A stretch of DNA of 64,000 bases from Clostridiales bacterium. Its GTDB lineage: Bacteria > Bacillota > Clostridia > Lachnospirales > Lachnospiraceae. The translations under genes were made by a program, and so were the position numbers. Below the pieces are notes generated by a model that searched no databases, had not been told where the DNA came from, and saw only the letters and a program-made list of their open reading frames with translations. The stretch covers positions 23,416-87,415 of the forward strand of contig JAAYNM010000023.1 of NCBI GenBank assembly GCA_012520815.1, written 5' to 3'. Of this stretch, positions 56,743 to 64,000 are shown piece by piece. The first letter of the stretch is position 1, and each line of letters starts with the position of its first letter.

Positions 56743-59133
56743 ATGACAAATTTTAAACTTAATACTAATCCAATAGCTTTAAAAGAAAATATAGTTGCAG
56801 GTGATAAGTACAGGATAACTGTACTTTCATCTGCACTTTTGCGTTTTGAATATAACGAGACTGGTAATTTTATTGACGAAGCAACACAGGTGGTGATAAA
56901 TCGTGATTTTCCAGCTACATCGTTTAAATTAAAAGATAATGAAGATGGACTAACTATTGAGACTGAAAATATTAAGTTGTTCTACAATAAGAAGAGATTT
57001 TCATCAGAAGGTCTAAAGGTTAAAATATATGGCACCAATCTAAATTATAATAGTGATTGGAGTTATGGTATGAAAACCACCAATTTAGGAGGAACAGCCA
57101 GAACACTTGATGCAATAAATGGTGCGACAAATCTTGAAGATGGTGTTATTTCAAGGAATGGATTTGCGTTATTAGATGATAGTAGTTCATTAATATTTAA
57201 TGAGGATTTTGTACAACCACGACAGGAACAATATGAGGATATATATCTATTTTGCTATGGACACGAATATAAAAGAGCATTAAGTGATTTCTATAAATTA
57301 ACAGGAAATACACCATTACTACCTAGGTTTGCATTAGGAAATTGGTGGAGCAGATATTATAGGTATACTCAGGATAGCTATAAGGCATTGATGGAAAATT
57401 TCGACAAGGAAAAAATTCCATTTTCCGTAGCAGTTATAGATATGGACTGGCATTTAGTAGACATAGATCCTAAGTATGGAAGTGGTTGGACTGGATATAC
57501 ATGGAATACCAATCTATTTCCAGACCATAAGGAATTACTTGAATGGCTTCATAATCGAGGGATGAAAGTGACACTAAATGTTCATCCAGCAGAAGGGGTA
57601 CGTGGATATGAGGATCGCTATAAAAATATGGCAAAGGCTCTAGATTTAGACGTAGAAAATGAAGAAGTGGCAGAATTTGATTGTACAAATCCTAAGTTTT
57701 TAGATGCATATTTTGAAGAAATACACCATCCGTTAGAAGAAGAAGGGGTGGATTTTTGGTGGTTGGATTGGCAGCAGGGTACAGGTTCAAAGGTGCCAGG
57801 CTTAGATCCGTTGTGGATGCTTAATCATTGCCACTTCCTTGACAATGGAAGGGATGGTAAAAGACCACTTACATTTTCAAGGTATGCAGGTCCAGGAAGT
57901 CACAGATATCCAATAGGATTTTCTGGGGATACGTGGATTACATGGGAATCATTAGCATTCCAACCATATTTTACAGCTACAGCATCAAATATTGGATATG
58001 GATGGTGGAGCCACGACATAGGTGGACATATGATGGGTAAGAAGGATAACGAGCTGGAACTTAGATGGTATCAGTACGGTGTGTTTTCTCCAATTATGCG
58101 TTTGCACAGTAGCTGCAGCGAATTTGCAGGTAAGGAGCCATGGAATTTTCCATTAGATATTCATACTGTAATGAATGATTTTTTGCGTTTAAGACATAGA
58201 TTAATTCCATATTTGTATACAATGAATTATCGTGCATATAAAGGAACACCACTTATTTTGTCAATGTATTATCATTATCCAGAAAGCTGGGACGCATATG
58301 AAGTTAAAAATCAGTACTTCTTCGGTTCAGAGTTAATCGTTGCACCAGTAGTAACTCCAAAGGTTGCGGGTGTAGATATGGCAAAGACCAAAGTCTGGTT
58401 ACCAGATGGTTACCACTTTGATATTTTTACAGGTACAGTGTATTCAGGCGGAAGATTTATAAATATGTACAGAGATAACTCTTCAATACCAGTTCTTGCA
58501 AAAGCAGGAGCAATTATTCCCATGACAGATGAGATAATGCACAGTGACTTCTTGAAAAACCCACAGAGTTTGAATATTCAAGTATATACAGGTGCTGACG
58601 GAATATTTACCATGTACGAGGATGATGGCAAAACATGTAAATATTTAGATGGCGATGCAGTAAATACTACATTTGAATATTTATTTAATGGTGGGTTCGA
58701 TAGTACATTTACAATTAAAAGGCCAGTGGGTAATTTGGAAATTATTCCGAAGAAACGTAGTTATAAGATTGAACTTAACGCCGTTACAGACGTTGCTGTT
58801 GAAGTTTATATAGATGGAAATAAAACTGAAGCAATATATAATTATGACAAAGAAACTCATCGTCTAACAGTAGTATTAAATGACTGTGATTTAGACGAAG
58901 ATATTACCATAAAATATGTAGGGCAGCATTTTGTTTTACAGCATGATTATGCAGCATCTATTTATAAAATTCTGCAAAATGCGCAGATAGAATACACCAA
59001 AAAGGACGAAATATATAGAGCAGCAACAAGTGGAAATAAGCCAAATTATCTATTAAATGAATTGATTGCCAGAGATTTAGATGAAGGAACTAGAGAAGCT
59101 ATATCTGAAATATATTTGGCGTGTATCTATTAG
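56743..59133 (+). CDS. Glycoside hydrolase family 31 (alpha-glucosidase/alpha-xylosidase-like)
   Basis: AAGGAGGA RBS. GH31 blocks IPFSVAVIDMDWH, GVDFWWLDWQQG, FSGDTWITW and WWSHDIGGH. Confidence 0.85.
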   Translation: MTNFKLNTNPIALKENIVAGDKYRITVLSSALLRFEYNETGNFIDEATQVVINRDFPATSFKLKDNEDGLTIETENIKLFYNKKRFSSEGLKVKIYGTNLNYNSDWSYGMKTTNLGGTARTLDAINGATNLEDGVISRNGFALLDDSSSLIFNEDFVQPRQEQYEDIYLFCYGHEYKRALSDFYKLTGNTPLLPRFALGNWWSRYYRYTQDSYKALMENFDKEKIPFSVAVIDMDWHLVDIDPKYGSGWTGYTWNTNLFPDHKELLEWLHNRGMKVTLNVHPAEGVRGYEDRYKNMAKALDLDVENEEVAEFDCTNPKFLDAYFEEIHHPLEEEGVDFWWLDWQQGTGSKVPGLDPLWMLNHCHFLDNGRDGKRPLTFSRYAGPGSHRYPIGFSGDTWITWESLAFQPYFTATASNIGYGWWSHDIGGHMMGKKDNELELRWYQYGVFSPIMRLHSSCSEFAGKEPWNFPLDIHTVMNDFLRLRHRLIPYLYTMNYRAYKGTPLILSMYYHYPESWDAYEVKNQYFFGSELIVAPVVTPKVAGVDMAKTKVWLPDGYHFDIFTGTVYSGGRFINMYRDNSSIPVLAKAGAIIPMTDEIMHSDFLKNPQSLNIQVYTGADGIFTMYEDDGKTCKYLDGDAVNTTFEYLFNGGFDSTFTIKRPVGNLEIIPKKRSYKIELNAVTDVAVEVYIDGNKTEAIYNYDKETHRLTVVLNDCDLDEDITIKYVGQHFVLQHDYAASIYKILQNAQIEYTKKDEIYRAATSGNKPNYLLNELIARDLDEGTREAISEIYLACIY

Positions 59134-59442
59134 ATCTATGTATAAGTTTTTCAGTACTTGTATCAATAGAACTTGTAACATAGCTTACATTTCCTAATTG
59201 GGCATTGATTGAGCCAAGTACATTGGCGAATTTATTGGCATTATAAGCACTGTAAAACAATTTGTCGTTAATTTCATTATAAGTGAATAGTTCAACAGTG
59301 AACTATCATAACTCGTGCCAAAAACTTGCCAATGGTAAATATTAAGTTTTACTTTATAGTAAATTCCCACTATGTTATACTATTATGCAATAAAGTAATA
59401 TTGTATTTCGAGATAAAATTAAAAATGAATTGTGAGGTAATT

Positions 59443-61740
59443 ATGAGAAAAAAATACTTAAAAATCAGTAAAAGATTTTTTGTCGCATCTCTTGTGGCAT
59501 TAATAACATTAGGTGTATCTGCGTGTGGAAAGGATGAAGTTAAAGAAACTACCACAAATGCAGAGTCTGAGTCAGAGGAACCAGATATTGTCTTTGCTAC
59601 AGCAGTATATGACGAAAAAAAGGGTGTTGTAGTTAGGGTGACTCCTGGATTTACGGGAGATGCTAAGGAAGTTTTTGTTATTAAAGATGCAGACGGTAAT
59701 GTTGTTCCCATAACTGATGCAAAGGTAGTGGCTGATACCAATATTACGTTCACTTTAGGTGAAGAAATGGATTTGTATGGTGAATATACTATAAACTATG
59801 GAAACGTAACTCATAGTATTCTCCTACCCGTTTTATATTCACGAGAGGAATTTGAAGATGCATACACCTATGAGGGGGAGGATCTTGGAGCTACTTGGAC
59901 AAAGGATGCTACAGCTTTTAAACTTTGGGCACCAACTGCTACAGCAGTTTCAATTAATTTTTATGAATCTGGTGATGAGTCTGCGGATGATCTCATTAGT
60001 ACATTTGATATGACAGCGGATGTAAATGGAACATGGAAGGCAATAAAGAATGGTAATTTAGATGGAACATATTACACATATTCGGTAACAGTAAAAGGCA
60101 GTACAGTAGAAGCCTGTGATCCTTATGCAAGAGCTACAGGTGTAAATGGCAAAAGAGCGATGGTTATTGATCTGGATGCTACCAACCCAGAGGGCTGGGA
60201 AGCAGATACAAATCCAAATGCTGGCATAAATATAACAGACGCAATACTCTATGAGCTTCATATTAGAGATTTATCGTCAGATGAAAGTTCAGGCATAACT
60301 AATACAGGTAAATTCATTGGACTTACAGAGACAGGAACTACAACAGCAGATGGCATTTCTACAGGACTAGATTATTTAAAAGATTTAGGCATCACACACC
60401 TTCATATTTTGCCAATGTATGATTATGGTTCAGTAGATGAATCAAAACTAAATAACCCACAATTTAACTGGGGATATGATCCTGTAAATTATAATGTACC
60501 AGAAGGTTCATATTCAACAGATCCAAGCGATGGTGCTGTAAGGGTAAAAGAAGCAAAAGAGATGGTGATGTCCTTACACAACGCAGGCATAAGTGTAGTA
60601 ATGGACGTTGTTTATAATCACGTATATAATGCAGAAGAATTTTGTTTTAACAAAATTGTTCCAGGATATTTCTCAAGAATTAGCGATTACGGAGTTTATT
60701 CAGCAGGTTCTGGATGTGGCAATGATACAGCAAGTGAAAGAAATATGGTAAGTAAATATATTGTAGATTCAGTTGTTTATTGGGCAAATGAATACCATAT
60801 TGACGGATTTAGATTTGATTTAGCAGGTCTTATTGATACGGATACATTAAATAAAGCAATTGAAAAGGTACACGAGACTCATCCAGACGTGATATTCTAT
60901 GCAGAAGGATGGGATATGAAGACTGATGTGACTAAAAAGGGGTATACATTAGCTACACAGTCAAATTCAACACTTATTCCAGAGATGTCTTTCTTTAATG
61001 ATTACTACAGAGATACACTTAAGGGAGGGGATAATTCGAAGGGATATGCTACAGGTAATCCTGCAGGATATAATGCAGTAAAGAATATGATTAAAGGTTA
61101 TGTGTCATGGTCAAAAAATCCATCACAAACCATTAACTACGCAAGTTGTCATGATGGATATACCATTTTTGATAAGATTACTTCTACAAATTCATCAGCC
61201 ACTATGGCTGAAAAGATAGCAATGAACAAACTTTCAGCAGCGATGGTGATGACTTCACAGGGTACACCATTTATAATGTCGGGTGAAGAAATGCTACGTT
61301 CTAAGGTAAATGCAGATGGTTCATTTAGCAGCAACAGCTATAAATCACCTGACTCAGTGAATAGCCTTAAGTGGTCTACACTTAGTGATGCAGCATATAT
61401 GGATGTTCATGACTATTACAAAGGCTTAATAGCATTTAGAAAGGCCCATGCAGGACTTAGGATGATGACAGCTGATGAAGTAAATGCAAATCTCACAGTT
61501 ATGAGTGACACTCCGGCAAAAGTAGTGGCTTGTCACATTAAGGGTGGAGCTAATGGAGAGACTTCAAAAGGATTATTCGTTATATACAATGGAACTTCCA
61601 GTGAAGCGACAGTAACACTTCCAGCAGGTAATTGGACAATTTATATAAATGAAGAAAAGGCTGGAACAACAGCACTTGGAACAGCAAATGCTACAGTAAA
61701 TGTGGCAAAGGTTTCTGCAATGGTGCTTGTACAGGAATAA
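59443..61740 (+). CDS. pulA: Type I pullulanase (GH13), lipoprotein
   Basis: I prefer the start at MRKKYLK (59443), which gives a lipobox LGVSAC. Pullulanase signature FNWGYDPVNYNVPEGSYS. GH13 regions VVMDVVYNH, GFRFDLAG, YAEGWD and NYASCHD. Confidence 0.85.
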   Translation: MRKKYLKISKRFFVASLVALITLGVSACGKDEVKETTTNAESESEEPDIVFATAVYDEKKGVVVRVTPGFTGDAKEVFVIKDADGNVVPITDAKVVADTNITFTLGEEMDLYGEYTINYGNVTHSILLPVLYSREEFEDAYTYEGEDLGATWTKDATAFKLWAPTATAVSINFYESGDESADDLISTFDMTADVNGTWKAIKNGNLDGTYYTYSVTVKGSTVEACDPYARATGVNGKRAMVIDLDATNPEGWEADTNPNAGINITDAILYELHIRDLSSDESSGITNTGKFIGLTETGTTTADGISTGLDYLKDLGITHLHILPMYDYGSVDESKLNNPQFNWGYDPVNYNVPEGSYSTDPSDGAVRVKEAKEMVMSLHNAGISVVMDVVYNHVYNAEEFCFNKIVPGYFSRISDYGVYSAGSGCGNDTASERNMVSKYIVDSVVYWANEYHIDGFRFDLAGLIDTDTLNKAIEKVHETHPDVIFYAEGWDMKTDVTKKGYTLATQSNSTLIPEMSFFNDYYRDTLKGGDNSKGYATGNPAGYNAVKNMIKGYVSWSKNPSQTINYASCHDGYTIFDKITSTNSSATMAEKIAMNKLSAAMVMTSQGTPFIMSGEEMLRSKVNADGSFSSNSYKSPDSVNSLKWSTLSDAAYMDVHDYYKGLIAFRKAHAGLRMMTADEVNANLTVMSDTPAKVVACHIKGGANGETSKGLFVIYNGTSSEATVTLPAGNWTIYINEEKAGTTALGTANATVNVAKVSAMVLVQE

Positions 61741-61765
61741 TATTTTATAGAGAGTGAGGATTTTT

Positions 61766-62299
61766 ATGAAGAAGTTACTTATTGTTGTAGATATGCAAAA
61801 AGATTTTATTGATGGAACGCTAGGTACAAAAGAGGCTGTAGAAATTGTACCAGGCGTGGTTAAAAGGATACAGGAATACGAAGCTAGTGGTGACACCATT
61901 ATTTTTACAATGGATACACATTTTGAAGACTATATGGATACACAGGAGGGTAAAAAACTCCCTGTGGCACACTGTATAAAAGGTACAGATGGTCACAAAC
62001 TTTGCAAGGAGATACTTGAACTTGGCATACAAGAAAAATGCAAGGTATATGAGAAATTAACATTTGGTTCTAGTGAATTTGCAAATGATATGGCAGCGGG
62101 AAAGTATGACGAGTATACAGATATTGAACTAGTAGGACTATGTACAGATATTTGTGTGATTTCTAACGCAATGTTAGTTAAAACATTCCTCTTAAATGCA
62201 GAGGTTGTTGTGGATTCAAGGCTTTGCGCTGGAGTGACACCTGAAAGTCATAAAAATGCACTTGAAGCTATGAAAATGTGTCAAATTATGGTTAAGTAG
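61766..62299 (+). CDS. Isochorismatase-family cysteine hydrolase (nicotinamidase-like)
   Basis: LLIVVDMQKDF, the Lys context and the catalytic Cys in LVGLCTDICV. The ATG at 61766 follows GAGGAT. Confidence 0.75.
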   Translation: MKKLLIVVDMQKDFIDGTLGTKEAVEIVPGVVKRIQEYEASGDTIIFTMDTHFEDYMDTQEGKKLPVAHCIKGTDGHKLCKEILELGIQEKCKVYEKLTFGSSEFANDMAAGKYDEYTDIELVGLCTDICVISNAMLVKTFLLNAEVVVDSRLCAGVTPESHKNALEAMKMCQIMVK

Positions 62300-62327
62300 T
62301 AAACATTTGCTTGTATTTTTCCGATAT
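62300..62327 (+). promoter_or_regulatory. Possible SigD/sigma-28-type promoter (TAAA-N16-tCCGATAT)
   Basis: TAAA at 62300-62303 and CCGATAT at 62321-62327, about 100 nt upstream of the 62429 start. The spacing is 1 nt longer than the consensus as I remember it. CCGATAT alone also occurs by chance inside genes in this window. Confidence 0.35.
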
Positions 62328-62428
62328 TAATTAAGTAGTGATAAGACATGGAGGTCTTTGATAGATACTTCTCTACAAGAGAGTTACAATAATTAATTTC
62401 GCGTCATGGCGAGAAAGGATGTGAGCCC

Positions 62429-63541
62429 ATGATAATAGGTGCTAGTAGTATAACAATGAACTCATCTAGAGGATATTCAAAGTTAGCTTATAACAAACAG
62501 GAGACCATAATTACTTCTGGGAAATCAGCTTCTATTGACATATCAAATGAATCAAAGAGTTTGATGGAACAAATTAAGCAGGCAAAAAAAGACATTGCTA
62601 AGGAGCAAGAGGAGCAGCTAAAGAAAAATCTTGAGGAATCATTTAGAAGACAGAATGCCAGAAAAACTGGTGAAGCTGTGAGCGAAAGTGAGATTAAAGA
62701 GGATGCTATGGTGGAGACACTAAAGAAAATTCTTCGAGCTCTACGAGGTATTAAAGATGATAAAAATATATCATTTATGAATGATACTAAAAAACTTAAA
62801 CCTGCGAATATGAAGTCTTTTGGAAATTTTTCCAATGGTTTGGCTGTAACAAGTAGTGGAAGAACAGTTTCTGTCTTGACTAAACAGACAGTTACATCAA
62901 GTTTTTTCGCGGAGATGGAAACAACAGCCTTTGTAGGTCAAGGTGTTGTAAATACTGCAGATGGAAGAAGTATAAGTTTTGGTATCTCGGTGGAAATGAG
63001 TAGAGCATTTATGGCACAAAGTGAGACATATTCAGAGTCTACGATAATGCTTACGGATCCTCTGGTTATCAACATAGATACAAATGTAGCATCAGTATCA
63101 GACCAGAAATTTTTATTTGACATTGATGCAGACGGCAAAGAAGATATGATTTCCTTTGTAGGTAAAGGAAGTGGATTCTTAGCCCTTGATAAAAATAATG
63201 ACGGAAAAATCAACGATGGAAGTGAACTCTTTGGAACATCATCTGGAGACGGATTTCGTGACCTTGCGCAATATGATAAAGACGGCAATGGTTGGATTGA
63301 TGAAGCAGATGAAATATTCTCAAAATTAAAAGTTTGGTATAAAGATGTTGATGGTAACGATAGATTAATTTCATTAAAAGAAGCAGATGTTGGAGCTATA
63401 TATCTTGGAAATGTGGATACCCAGTTTTCGTTAAACAACATGGAAACTAATGACACAAATGGAATTATCCGAAAAACAGGTCTGTTCCTGAAAGAAACGG
63501 GTGAAGTAGGTACTATCCAACACATAGATCTTGCATTATAA
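62429..63541 (+). CDS. Protein of unknown function with C-terminal EF-hand-like Ca-binding loops
   Basis: 370 aa. Loops DIDADGKEDMISF, DKNNDGKINDGSE and DKDGNGWIDEAD (the last fits the canonical 12-residue EF loop). I do not recognise the N-terminal half, and no signal peptide is evident. Confidence 0.6.
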   Translation: MIIGASSITMNSSRGYSKLAYNKQETIITSGKSASIDISNESKSLMEQIKQAKKDIAKEQEEQLKKNLEESFRRQNARKTGEAVSESEIKEDAMVETLKKILRALRGIKDDKNISFMNDTKKLKPANMKSFGNFSNGLAVTSSGRTVSVLTKQTVTSSFFAEMETTAFVGQGVVNTADGRSISFGISVEMSRAFMAQSETYSESTIMLTDPLVINIDTNVASVSDQKFLFDIDADGKEDMISFVGKGSGFLALDKNNDGKINDGSELFGTSSGDGFRDLAQYDKDGNGWIDEADEIFSKLKVWYKDVDGNDRLISLKEADVGAIYLGNVDTQFSLNNMETNDTNGIIRKTGLFLKETGEVGTIQHIDLAL

Positions 63542-63669
63542 AGAAATCTAGATGAAGATGGCAATTATTTAAGTTCTGTTATCTCAAGAGTAACGATAAC
63601 AAGAGGAGAAAGTGAAAAATACAATTAAATATAGAAGATATGAGTAGGTGGATAATTGTAATTATCCGC

Positions 63670-64000
63670 TTACTTATTTTTTGCTACACAGATACCTACT
63701 GAAAATAGTACTACAGCGTATAACATCTGCACACCCAACCCTGTAAATATAACAGACATTGAAGCGGTGGACATATTTAAAACTTCAGTATGCACATTTA
63801 TATACCAGTATGCAGGGAAAAATCTACCTATATTTTCTACAATCTGTGGAAGGAATTCTCGTGGAACAAAAATCCCACAAAGGAAACTGGAACCAAGACC
63901 GATAACATTTGAATACATATTAAGGACATTGGCATTTCTTGTAATCTGTGCTAGAAGAAAGGCAAGGCCGAGACAAACCAGTAAATGTGCAAATGTATTA
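63670..64000 (-). CDS. ABC-2 type transporter permease, C-terminal part (gene continues beyond the window)
   Basis: The frame stays open and hydrophobic upstream of the listed Met (…TFAHLLVCLGLAFLLAQITRNANVLNMYSNVIGLG…). The tail FLCGIFVPREFLPQIVENIGRFFPAYWY is typical of ABC-2 permeases. Confidence 0.7.
   Translation of the reverse strand, partial: NTFAHLLVCLGLAFLLAQITRNANVLNMYSNVIGLGSSFLCGIFVPREFLPQIVENIGRFFPAYWYINVHTEVLNMSTASMSVIFTGLGVQMLYAVVLFSVGICVAKNK

Noticed and set aside
59150-59330. Stop-free minus-strand frame (…FTVELFTYNEINDKLFYSAYNANKFANVLGSINAQLGNVSYV…) between GH31 and pullulanase
   Set aside because: It has no ATG, GTG or RBS at its 5' end, a stop codon lies immediately upstream, and no motif is recognised. 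It cannot be supported as a gene and is only mentioned as a possible remnant.

Overview
AT-rich (about 35% GC by eye) chromosomal segment that looks like a low-GC Firmicute of the Clostridia, possibly Lachnospiraceae-like. All family calls rest on motif recognition by eye; no searches were run. The window is densely coding: about 55 protein genes, one tRNA-Gly(GCC) and one T-box leader. I saw no rRNA, CRISPR array, transposase, integrase or prophage signature. Gene content is mostly housekeeping and cell envelope. It includes two tandem LCP genes, a C-terminal J-domain protein, htrA, an elongated clpX and rnhA. A dlt-like carrier-protein acylation cluster is preceded by an Asp/Glu-type racemase and flanked by Ig-fused transglutaminase-like and L,D-transpeptidase genes. 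Further along are dapL, T-box-controlled gatCAB, a MoxR-DUF58-transglutaminase trio, a PilZ protein, purC and purB. Then come sigA/rpoD, aminopeptidase P, lepB, pepF, a MATE pump, an Amidase_3 gene paired with a PdaA-like deacetylase, an HD-GYP gene followed by thiT-like, a Na+/H+ antiporter and an ABC-2 transporter trio. The window ends with GH31 plus pullulanase and an EF-hand-like secreted or unknown protein. The candidates I consider most worth follow-up are: (1) the non-canonical dlt-like cluster, whose adenylation enzyme appears to lack the D-Ala-selectivity Cys and which sits beside an aspartate-type racemase; (2) an overlapping pair of PafB/PafC-like HTH-WYL-WCX genes with no obvious target; (3) an orphan 790-aa protein with a cNMP-binding-like N-terminus and an unrecognisable output region; (4) a PdaA-like deacetylase with degenerate catalytic motifs. 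None of these can be proven novel from sequence reading alone.
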